Source: an uncultured Candidatus Saccharibacteria bacterium (lineage in GTDB: Bacteria; Patescibacteriota; Minisyncoccia; UBA6257; 2-01-FULL-56-20). Taken from it: DNA of 64,000 nucleotides. This document shows positions 10,064-18,256 of the stretch, one piece after another; positions within the stretch are counted from its first letter, which is position 1; every line of letters starts with the position of its first letter. Below the pieces are notes generated by a model that saw only the letters and a list, made by a program, of their open reading frames with translations, did no database searches and had not been told where the DNA came from. The translations under genes were made by a program, and so were the position numbers. The DNA lies in contig CAYLWL010000001.1 of NCBI GenBank assembly GCA_964387675.1, forward strand, positions 1,099 through 65,098, read 5' to 3'.

Positions 10064-10813
10064 TTGCACAACATTCCACATTCGGAACTCATCGCCGTTT
10101 TAGGGAGAGGCATCGAGCTTGCGGGAAGCGGCGCATTCAGGAGATGGAGGCCGACGCGATACATAGAACGCTTCGATGAGAATAACTGGCATCCGGGAGT
10201 GCGAATCCTAGGGATAACGGCTGACAGCCCCGACGAAAAAGTTGTCGTTGGCGGCATGAATGCCAACACACTCGCCGCCGGAGAATTTGTTCGAAGATTG
10301 TGGCTTCACGGAAAAACCCCGAAGGTAGTGGCCTTTATCGGTGGCAGGCCCCAGTATCTTTCTGCCGAACCGGAAGATTTGACCGGAGCGAAAATCGCTG
10401 CGGAAGAATTTATACGGAGGTCGCGGAGATTCCACGTTTCAGCCGACATCGAAGTTCTTGCTTGTGGAGAGAAAAACAAGAATACCAAAGATGACCTTGT
10501 AACGGCTCTCGCTCTCGCGATGGAACGAGGGTTCAGAACCACAGCAATCATCACGGTTGCCGTGCACATTCCCCGCTCCGAAGAATTCATGAAAGTCATC
10601 CGAAGAGAAAGAGCCGAATTCAGAGGAATCGGCGTGAGGTTTCTCTCTTCGGAGCACATCCTCGTGGGGAGAGATCGTCGTTACCGAAACATTCTCGTCA
10701 GGGCCATACTTTCCCGCGCTTACGAACGCACTCGAATGCGAGAGGAGAAAGAAGTCCTGCTGATTCGCAAAAGATCGTACGTATCGCTCCAGGACCGACA
10801 ACGAAACCGATAG
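10064..10813 (+). CDS. YdcF/DUF218-like protein
   Basis: IAVLGRG, FIGG, NKNTKDD, IITVAVHIPRS pattern; start codon uncertain. Confidence 0.5.
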   Translation: MHNIPHSELIAVLGRGIELAGSGAFRRWRPTRYIERFDENNWHPGVRILGITADSPDEKVVVGGMNANTLAAGEFVRRLWLHGKTPKVVAFIGGRPQYLSAEPEDLTGAKIAAEEFIRRSRRFHVSADIEVLACGEKNKNTKDDLVTALALAMERGFRTTAIITVAVHIPRSEEFMKVIRRERAEFRGIGVRFLSSEHILVGRDRRYRNILVRAILSRAYERTRMREEKEVLLIRKRSYVSLQDRQRNR

Positions 10814-10854
10814 TACAAGAACACGGCGGCCGCATCTCGTTGGATGCGGCCATT

Positions 10855-11592
10855 TTATTCCCGCGGATTCTTGGAAACGTACTCTTCCACCTGTTTATAT
10901 CGCTCCATCGTCCCGATGTCTTTGAGATATTCCTTCGTTTCGTACCCGTAAAACTTTTCTCCTTTCGATAAAACATCCGGCAGAAGTTGGTGATCGATTT
11001 CGTAATACGCGTTCGCCGGAATGTAACCGAGTATCCGCTCGTTGAATATGAACGCGGCCGCGCGCATTGCTTTGTATCGCGAAGGCAAGGCGCTGTGGGG
11101 TTTGGGATGAATTTTGATAAACCGCACGTCGTCCGCCACCTCAACCAAATCGGAATCCTCCGGATGATCGGTGTCTCCCACGACCGTCATCCCGACGGCT
11201 CCCGGTCGCGAGTAAAAGGCGTCTCTCATCTTGCCGAGATCAACGCGGCTGAACACGTCTCCGTAGCACACAAAGAAATCCCCGCGGAGTTTCCCTTCGA
11301 AGTCTTTCACGCCGCCGGCGGTGCCCCGTATCGCGGGCTCCTCAAGACAGTAATCGATATGCACGCCCCACCGCGAACCATCCTCGAAGTAATTTCTCAC
11401 AACCTCCGGTAAATAGAAAAGATTGATAAAGAACTCCGAAACGCCGAATGACTTAAGACGCTCAATGTGCCACTCGAGGAGCGGCTTGCCGCCGATCGGC
11501 AACATCACCTTCGGGACGTCCTCGGTGAGCGGCAGGAGACGGGTTCCTAGACCGGCCGACAAAAGAACGGCTTGTGTAATTTTATTTTGCAT
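10855..11592 (-). CDS. hddC: Sugar-phosphate nucleotidyltransferase (HddC-like heptose-1-phosphate guanylyltransferase)
   Basis: LSAGLGTRLLPLTEDVPKVM, GTAG, DIGT; context with gmhA and hddA. Confidence 0.7.
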   Translation of the reverse strand: MQNKITQAVLLSAGLGTRLLPLTEDVPKVMLPIGGKPLLEWHIERLKSFGVSEFFINLFYLPEVVRNYFEDGSRWGVHIDYCLEEPAIRGTAGGVKDFEGKLRGDFFVCYGDVFSRVDLGKMRDAFYSRPGAVGMTVVGDTDHPEDSDLVEVADDVRFIKIHPKPHSALPSRYKAMRAAAFIFNERILGYIPANAYYEIDHQLLPDVLSKGEKFYGYETKEYLKDIGTMERYKQVEEYVSKNPRE

Positions 11593-11615
11593 CGCGGATA
11601 ATCCCTTGTCACTTG

Positions 11616-12218
11616 TCACTTGTTGCTTGTCTCTACGAGATGATCGAAGTAATCCTTAAAGTACTTGGTCATCAGGTGAAAAATCGCCGTATGCGCCGCC
11701 TCCACCACTTCGTACTCGCCTTTTTCGGTGCTCACCAAAATCCTAATGTCGGCCAGCTCGTTCAGTTTGCCGCCGTCAAAACCCGACACGCCGATGACGG
11801 GGACCTTGCGGGCCTTGGCGAGCTCGACCGCCTTGATGATATTCGGCGAATTGCCGGAGCTTGAGATGGCAACGACGACGTCCGAATCCTGCAAATAATT
11901 TTGCAGTGGCCCGGCAAACACCATATCGTAGCCGACATCGTTCGCCCATGCGGTGAGTTCGGACTCGGTGGATGGCAAACGAATCGCCTGGAAACGGCGG
12001 CCAAGTTTGTCGAGGTGATGGCTAAAGACGGTTTTGTTGAAATCGCTCACCCAATGCGTCGCGATGGCAAGCGATCCGCCGTTGCCGAAAATGTATATTC
12101 TGCCGTCCCGCTCGTACGCCGCCTGGAAAACGTTGATGGCTTTTGCGATCTCTTCGGCAGGGAGGTTTTTGAGAGAGTCGATGACTTTGTCAGAAAAACT
12201 TTTGATGTAGCCTTCCAT
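11616..12218 (-). CDS. gmhA: SIS-domain sedoheptulose-7-phosphate isomerase
   Basis: FGNGGS, TAWANDVGY, ISSSGNSPN, VEAAH. Confidence 0.85.
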   Translation of the reverse strand: MEGYIKSFSDKVIDSLKNLPAEEIAKAINVFQAAYERDGRIYIFGNGGSLAIATHWVSDFNKTVFSHHLDKLGRRFQAIRLPSTESELTAWANDVGYDMVFAGPLQNYLQDSDVVVAISSSGNSPNIIKAVELAKARKVPVIGVSGFDGGKLNELADIRILVSTEKGEYEVVEAAHTAIFHLMTKYFKDYFDHLVETSNK

Positions 12219-12224
12219 GCTTGC

Positions 12225-13244
12225 TTACGCGAAGTTTGTTTGGTGGTCGGCGTTATACAGAACTTCGGCGCCGGATTGCACAAACTTGACCGGTATTTCC
12301 CGGAACTCCCGGAGATTGTTGTCTTTGGCAATTTTCGTGACGGCATCTCGCACCGCCGCTTTTTTATCCGGCGAAGCAAAGAACATCACGCAACCGCCGC
12401 CGCCGGCGCCCAGTACTTTTCCGCCCCAAGCACCGGCCGACATCCCGGCGTCATATAAGGTATCGATTGCGGAATTCGACATATTCGACGCCAACATTTT
12501 TTTTCTCGCCCACCCTTGATGGAGCATGCGCCCCAGCCCCTCAAACTCGCCGGCCGAAAGCTTTGCTTTGAACTCGGGCACCGAAGCGGCCATTTCTTTG
12601 AGCGTCTCGAATTTTTTGTCAATATTGCTCTTTTGCTCGGCAAGAACGCTTGAGGCGATCCTGGTAAGTCCCGTAAAGAAAAGTAAAATACGATCCTCGA
12701 GGCCAAGCCGCTTTTTATAATCAAGAAGCACCGGCTCAACGCCGACCGAATGGTCGGGGTTGAACTTGAAAACGTTAAAGCCGCCGAACGACGCGGCGTA
12801 TTGATCCTGCTTACCGATCGGCTCGCCCACTAAATCTATTTCCAGGCGGCTCGCCTGCTCGGCCGCTTCGGTTTTATCGATTTTTTTTCCGTTAAAAGCA
12901 TGGAGTCCCTTCACGAGAGCAACCGAGAAGCTGGAAGACGAACCAAGTCCGGTTTTCGCCGGAAGCGACGCGAACGAAGCAATCTCGATATTCTTGTTGA
13001 TGCCGAGGTCGGTGAGCGCCGCCCTGATGCGGGTGTGCTGAAGCTCGCTCGGGTGGCCGACGGTTTCCGAAACGGAATACCGCGCCGAAATTTTATCGAT
13101 GAGCGGGGTACGGTTAATAACCACGTACACAAACTTGTCGATGGCCGTCGAGATAACACTACCGGGGCTTTTCTTATAAAAATCCGGCAGGTCTGTCCCC
13201 CCGCCGACAAAGCTGATGCGTAATGGCGCGCGGACTACGATCAT
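12225..13244 (-). CDS. hddA: GHMP kinase (D-glycero-alpha-D-manno-heptose-7-phosphate kinase)
   Basis: APLRISFVGGGTD, GLGSSS, IGKQDQYA, GKVLGAGGGG. Confidence 0.85.
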   Translation of the reverse strand: MIVVRAPLRISFVGGGTDLPDFYKKSPGSVISTAIDKFVYVVINRTPLIDKISARYSVSETVGHPSELQHTRIRAALTDLGINKNIEIASFASLPAKTGLGSSSSFSVALVKGLHAFNGKKIDKTEAAEQASRLEIDLVGEPIGKQDQYAASFGGFNVFKFNPDHSVGVEPVLLDYKKRLGLEDRILLFFTGLTRIASSVLAEQKSNIDKKFETLKEMAASVPEFKAKLSAGEFEGLGRMLHQGWARKKMLASNMSNSAIDTLYDAGMSAGAWGGKVLGAGGGGCVMFFASPDKKAAVRDAVTKIAKDNNLREFREIPVKFVQSGAEVLYNADHQTNFA

Positions 13245-13374
13245 CCCTCACCTTTCGAGGATTGCGCGGCGGCAATCTCGTTGATTTAATTTCCACGACT
13301 TTTTATTGCGGAATATCATTGTTTTGTTGGAGGCCTCGCCCAGAAGACATTAATCCTCGATAAGGTGAGGGATC
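13242..13374 (-). mobile_element. MITE-like repeat family B, copy 1 (about 132 bp, about 21-bp terminal inverted repeats)
   Basis: ATCCCTCACCTTTCGAGGATT...AATCCTCGATAAGGTGAGGGAT; near-identical inverted copy at 23051-23182. Confidence 0.85.
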
Positions 13375-13461
13375 ATAAGAAGACTATAGGGCAAACCCTG
13401 TGCTTAGTCAATAAAGTATAAGAGTTTAATTCGAATCGAAAAGAATTTATTTAAACCTCGG

Positions 13462-14537
13462 TCAGCCGAATAGTTTCTTTTTCAACTTATGCGTATTTCC
13501 GTGGCCAAGGAGTCCACGATATGAGGCGGAGGTTTCGTCAGACAGATTTTCACCCAATCGTCTGGCCATCCGCCGCCTTGTCGCGGCCCTCAAAGTCCGG
13601 TGATACGGAAAGTGAACCCAACCGAGGAAGTCGACGCCGGAGGCGAACGTTTTGATAGAAACTTTGTCAGGATGAAGTGATATGTGTAGCCGCGTCTCGA
13701 GAAAACCTGAAGTTTTCGGAATAATGCTTTCCAAGTATCGCTTATCCTCGTGTACAATCACAAAATCGTCGGCATAGCGAACGCAATGGCGAATCTTCAG
13801 CTTCCGCTTCAAGAACTGGTCGAACTCGTTCATGTAAATATTCACGAGGAGCTGGCTCGTGAGGTTGCCAAGCGGCAGGCCGACGCCCGGCTTGTCCTTT
13901 GTATGGAAGCTGTCAATGGTTTCGGCCAAGAGCCATAAAATATCGTTATCTTCGATGTACCGCTTCAAAATGTCTTTTAATGTTCCATGATCGATGCTCG
14001 CGAAAAATTTCCTGATGTCGCATTTAAGGATCCATGCCGTCCGCGCGTGATTGCGCGAGACGACCCTCGTATATTTCTTGAAACGATCCATCGCGCGGTA
14101 CGTGCCTTTGTCGTAGCGACAGGAATACGAATCGAAGATGAATTTCTTATCGAAATAGGGATACAAAATCCGGTAAATCGCGTGGTGCAGCAAGCGGTCG
14201 CGTACTTCGGCCTTGTGGATTTCACGCGGCTTCGGGTCGTTGATTTTGAATGGCCGGTACGGACCGTGCCGGTATGTTTTGTCCGATAATTCCCGGTGAA
14301 GCGCGAGGATATTGCCCGTAAGATTCAAAGAAAACAATGCAACATCTTTGCGTTTTCGCTTGCCGCGTAAAAATTCGCGCCACGCGGAAAGCAGATTTTC
14401 CACGGAAATGATATCATGGAAATCATGACGCGGCCAGGCGATTCGTCTCTCTCTCTCTCTCTCTCTCTCTCGATAAGGCCTCGATTCTCGCGAGAATCAA
14501 AGAGGGGTATTTGTTTTGGATGAATCTTGTGCCGCAT
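13462..14537 (-). CDS. DGR reverse transcriptase; open frame 13462-14403, probable true start at 14537 is frameshifted at the (GA)13 tract
   Basis: DPKPREI, RDRLLHH, KCDIRKFF, GLPLGNLTSQ (DGR-type), YADD, FLG; adjacent to TR and avd. Confidence 0.93.
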
Positions 14538-14834
14538 ATTGCTAAGGGTACCCGATATACGCTCGGTGCGCGAATTGAAAATAAGTTTCTTGATCTTTTG
14601 GAACTGTCCTACGCCGCGTACTTCACGGAAAAAGAAAAGAAAGTGGAGAAAATTACGGAATGCGTCTTCATAACAGACATACTCAAGTTTTTGGTCTCCG
14701 TTGCGTGGGAAGGCGAGGTTATCTCCGACCACCAATGCGAAGGCATCGCGGTAAAACTGGAGGAGATCGGCAAAATGCTCGGCGGCTGGAAAAAGAGTTT
14801 GGGCAATCCCGAAAAGAAAAACCGCGCTCTCTGA
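14416..14834 (+). CDS. avd: DGR accessory variability determinant (Avd, four-helix bundle); probable start at 14416 or 14425 is frameshifted at (TC)13
   Basis: RYTLGARIEN and LEEIGKMLGGW Avd signatures; the frame stays open upstream through SILARIKEGYLFW into the microsatellite. Confidence 0.88.
14446..14471. repeat. (TC)13 microsatellite in the RT/avd head-to-head overlap
   Basis: 26-nt perfect dinucleotide tract read directly from the sequence. Confidence 0.95.
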
Positions 14835-14840
14835 ACGCGG
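14810..14840 (-). terminator. Hairpin plus U-tract immediately downstream of TR
   Basis: Minus strand CCGCG-TTCAGAGAG-CGCGG-TTTTTCTTTT; the 5-bp stem is short. Confidence 0.55.
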
Positions 14841-14848
14841 AAAGAACG

Positions 14849-14981
14849 AACTTTCGGAGGCGGAAGACAAACTCATTGTCGGGATTCCACGTATTGCCCG
14901 GATTCGTCCAATTGTCGTTCAGCCACAGACCGTCTTCGTTTCGTTCCAAGTTGAAGACGTTCGGGTTGCCGTCACGATCGG
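14849..14981 (-). repeat. DGR template repeat (TR)
   Basis: 133 bp, ungapped match to 15327-15459; all 18 differences fall at TR adenines (minus strand); rich in AAC/AAT codons. Confidence 0.96.
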
Positions 14982-14984
14982 TTC

Positions 14985-15225
14985 TGTGCGCCGCGCCATC
15001 CGCGCCACTGCCCGTCTAAATAAAGAGACTGGGCTGTATTTTATATGGGAGCATGACTCCACCAGCGCAGCGCACCAAGTTGTTTCTTTTTTGTTGACAA
15101 CTATGCGAATCCTCTCCGTCAAGCCGTAACCGGACGGACTCTCAATATGCATATGCCGGAAGGGTCTCGAAAAACCGCCTGGCCCGAGCGAGGTCGAAGG
15201 CTAGCCGTCCGATATAACCCATCTG
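14985..15225 (-). ncRNA. Putative structured 5' leader of the TR RNA
   Basis: Several nested stems visible by eye; extended -10-like TGCTATTAT at about 15231-15239. Confidence 0.45.
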
Positions 15226-15307
15226 ATTTAATAATAGCAAAAAATTACGGCGGGATACAAAAAGAATCAAAGGGTTAAAGCGCCAAAGTTTCAGAAACGC
15301 AAAGATT

Positions 15308-17212
15308 CTAAGTTTTCAAGTTTTTCAACTTGCGGAGGCGGAAGACAAACTCATCGTCGGGATCCCACGTATCGCCCGGACCCGTCCAAAGGCCGTACAG
15401 CCACAGACCGCCTCCGTACCGAGCCAAGTAGAAGACGTCCGGGTTGCCGTCACGATCGGCTATTTGTTTCATGCCAATGCGGAACCATTTATTTAGGGGT
15501 TGGTTTGCATATTTGAGCCGATAATGCGGTCCGGTTTCGGCTGGACAGAGTTCCAATCCCAATTCTTCGATGCGTTTGTAAACTTCGTCTGTTGTCGGGT
15601 ATTTGTCTTTGGGAAAACCGAGGTCGCCAACTTTGAGGCGGATGAGAATTTCTTCCTCTGATTTTTTGAGGACGGTGAAATCCTTGCTTTTCAACATATC
15701 CATCGCATAGTCCGAGATGTTGATCTTTTTCTCGCGCATTTCATTAATGAGCGTTTTGGCATCTTTACCGCCGATTTCCAGTTGTTCTTTGCGAATTCTG
15801 CCTTCGGGGAAGGAAGTGTAGACGTGTTCGATGCCATATCTCTGGACTTTGTCGAAGATGCCGGGGACGAGGGAGCCGACATAGGCCTTTGTGTCTTCTT
15901 TGATTTCGGATATGTCTCGTGCGATTTGATCTTTTTCGCACTCAAACACTACTGCCATGTCTTCTTCGGGATTTCTTTGAGAGCGGAGCTCCCTGACGCG
16001 GGGATCATTCGTTCCATAACCAAAGCTTTCTATGGGTGCGTTGATTTCGTAAAGAAAAATAAGGTCGTCTTTCGAGAGCGTTGCGCCTGTTCCTGTCTTT
16101 TTCTTGATCGCGGTTAATGTTTCCATATCGCTGGCCTTCTTTTCGTATTTCTGGCCGTCGGGATGAGCCGCAAGTTTTTCCTTGATTACGTTGTTGATAC
16201 GGGGATCGATGTGCTCGTCTTCGGCCACACCACGGACTTCGGAGATGATTCCACCTGCGCTTACGATCACCGCGCGCGGCACGGTTGGTTTGCCTTCTTT
16301 GTCAAGCGAGTAAAAAATTTCAAGATCGTTTCCTTGAAGATATCTTCGTGCCATAGACTCGCCTCGCAAGCACCAGCCAGTGCCATAAGGAGCGATCGAT
16401 TCTACAAGACGCATTGGGTCGGATCCTTGGGGATATGCTATCCACGTTCCCTCGGTAACCTTGAGTAGTTCTTCGGGTATGGGCTTGAACTCTTCGACGG
16501 CCAAGGCGTAGAGCTTGGCAAAGTTCTTTTGTTTGAGGAGTTGAAGAAAGCTTTGCTTGGTTGCTTCTTCTATGTCGTAGCCGAATTTGACGGGTTCGCC
16601 CCTCTCTTGCCGCTCAAACGATTCAAGCACGATGGCCAGGGCCTCGCGATTGAGGTCGGGAAAGGGAGCAATGGCCCCGCCGGTTCTCTCAGAAAAAGCT
16701 TTCTTTTTCTTGTCGTATCTACCCATACGCAAGATGCTGCGGAAAGCGAAGTATTTGAGATAGTCAGGATATTTGGCGTCATCTGACGCTAGATAATCGA
16801 CCCATTCGTCAAGAGAGTTCTTTTGGTCGGTAGTAATTGTTTCCGCGAGTTCTTTCCGTATATCGCCCGGTATTTCATCAAGGGGGCGGCCTTCTTCTTC
16901 GTGCCTCTTTTTTACGGATTCGAAGTAAGCTTCGGGAATGTCCTCTGGTTTGATGACGAACTGGTCATAGAGGGAGCGCTTCAGCGTCTCGAGATTTCTC
17001 TCTCCTCTTTCGAAACCTTCGTGACCCGCCAGTCGTGCTGGATGAATTACTGATTTTAGTCGGTCGAGATAATTTTGTATGCGGGCGTCTGCTCCTTCTA
17101 CTGTATCGAGCGTGAGCTTTTTCCCTGTCCGTTTTTCGGTACGCTTTGCAGCCCGTTCTACTTCGTGGCTTTTATGCAAGCCATATTTTTCTCTTAAGAA
17201 GCTCTTTTCCAT
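15308..17212 (-). CDS. DGR target protein (634 aa) with a C-terminal variable domain, probably CLec-like
   Basis: VR encodes most of the last ~50 aa; GLELCPAETGP...W..P...WDPDDEFVFRLRK; no obvious signal peptide. Confidence 0.9.
   Translation of the reverse strand: MEKSFLREKYGLHKSHEVERAAKRTEKRTGKKLTLDTVEGADARIQNYLDRLKSVIHPARLAGHEGFERGERNLETLKRSLYDQFVIKPEDIPEAYFESVKKRHEEEGRPLDEIPGDIRKELAETITTDQKNSLDEWVDYLASDDAKYPDYLKYFAFRSILRMGRYDKKKKAFSERTGGAIAPFPDLNREALAIVLESFERQERGEPVKFGYDIEEATKQSFLQLLKQKNFAKLYALAVEEFKPIPEELLKVTEGTWIAYPQGSDPMRLVESIAPYGTGWCLRGESMARRYLQGNDLEIFYSLDKEGKPTVPRAVIVSAGGIISEVRGVAEDEHIDPRINNVIKEKLAAHPDGQKYEKKASDMETLTAIKKKTGTGATLSKDDLIFLYEINAPIESFGYGTNDPRVRELRSQRNPEEDMAVVFECEKDQIARDISEIKEDTKAYVGSLVPGIFDKVQRYGIEHVYTSFPEGRIRKEQLEIGGKDAKTLINEMREKKINISDYAMDMLKSKDFTVLKKSEEEILIRLKVGDLGFPKDKYPTTDEVYKRIEELGLELCPAETGPHYRLKYANQPLNKWFRIGMKQIADRDGNPDVFYLARYGGGLWLYGLWTGPGDTWDPDDEFVFRLRKLKNLKT
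15327..15459 (-). repeat. DGR variable repeat (VR)
   Basis: Adenine-specific divergence from TR. Confidence 0.96.
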
Positions 17213-17255
17213 GAGAGTATTATGCCGCGGAAATTGATGGAAATCAATACAAGAA

Positions 17256-17828
17256 TCAAAACAGCGTCGCCATACTGCTTGCGAAACTTACCCTCATGAC
17301 TTCGCCGGTCATCTTGTTCGGAACCAAGAGCGACCTGTCTTTCTGGTAAAGATCATAGAGTTCTTTCGTTAGTTTCACGTCGTTCAAGCAATAGGATTTC
17401 AATTCTTCGATTTTTCCGTCCTTCCACAGACCGATCGCCTCCGAGCCGTGGCGATCTTTTTTCACGCCCAAGTTCGCCTCGGAAAGCTTGCTCAAGCTTA
17501 TCCTCTGCCCCACCATCCGCTCGATCTCTTCCGAAAGGTCCACGCGTTCTTTTCCCCAAATTCTTGGAGCGGAGGGTCCGAGTCGCTGAAAATGGAGGTT
17601 CAAAACCGGAACGTCGTAGCGGTTGATGCTGAATCCAACAATCCTGTCGCAACTATGAAAAATATCTGTCAGCTTTTCCAGTTCGTTTTCGGCAAAGCAG
17701 GAATATGTATCCTGCGCGTAGGAATAAACCCCGACAGCGGAAATTTTGAGCGCATCAAAATTATCCCAGCCGACATCAGGATCGGTAAAAAAGTTTTGCG
17801 TTTCGATGTCGAATACGAGGGTGTCCAT
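17256..17828 (-). CDS. RNase H-like domain 3'-5' exonuclease family protein (YprB-like)
   Basis: VFDIET, GFSINRYD, YCLNDV DEDD-type motifs. Confidence 0.8.
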   Translation of the reverse strand: MDTLVFDIETQNFFTDPDVGWDNFDALKISAVGVYSYAQDTYSCFAENELEKLTDIFHSCDRIVGFSINRYDVPVLNLHFQRLGPSAPRIWGKERVDLSEEIERMVGQRISLSKLSEANLGVKKDRHGSEAIGLWKDGKIEELKSYCLNDVKLTKELYDLYQKDRSLLVPNKMTGEVMRVSFASSMATLF

Positions 17829-17884
17829 TGTAGTAAATGCAAAGGTCAAATATCAAAAATCAAAATGTAATTCAAAATGAAAAA

Positions 17885-18256
17885 TTACCTTTTGCCCTTA
17901 AGAGTTAGTACGCTGGATCCGATTATCTTGGAAATTTCTTCAGCTTCCCGGTAAAGGGGTGCTGCCGCAGAACCGATCTCCGGCTTACTTTCTTGCACGA
18001 CAGTCAACCAATACTTAGTTTCGTTTGCAGATTTCAGCGCTATCTCAAAAAATTTGATGTAATCTCTTCTTGAGCTTGAAGATTTAGCTTCGGTAACGTT
18101 CGCGCCGACAGAACTAGCACTCCTGATTAATTGGTCGCTAAGCGACCACAAACTTCTATGCACGCCCAACTTTTCGCAAAAAGATATAATATCTACCGAA
18201 AACCGAATTAATCTCTTAGTAAAATCCTCTTTAAATTTTGCTTTTTCATTTTGCAT
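17885..18256 (-). CDS. Four-helix bundle protein (23S rRNA IVP / Avd superfamily)
   Basis: DQLIRSASSVGANVTEA...IALKSANETKYWL. Confidence 0.9.
   Translation of the reverse strand: MQNEKAKFKEDFTKRLIRFSVDIISFCEKLGVHRSLWSLSDQLIRSASSVGANVTEAKSSSSRRDYIKFFEIALKSANETKYWLTVVQESKPEIGSAAAPLYREAEEISKIIGSSVLTLKGKR

Noticed and set aside
13462-14403. Group II intron or retron interpretation of the RT
   Set aside because: The RT is short with no maturase or endonuclease extension, has the DGR-type LGNLTSQ motif, and comes with a TR/VR pair and avd.
14325-14876. 183-aa minus-strand ORF antisense to avd
   Set aside because: Mostly an avd shadow. Only the part from ATG 14537 to the microsatellite is interpreted, as the frameshifted RT N-terminus.
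14719-14949. 76-aa ORF resembling the target C-terminus
   Set aside because: It is the translation of the template repeat, which is open because TR mirrors VR. There is no evidence of an independent gene.
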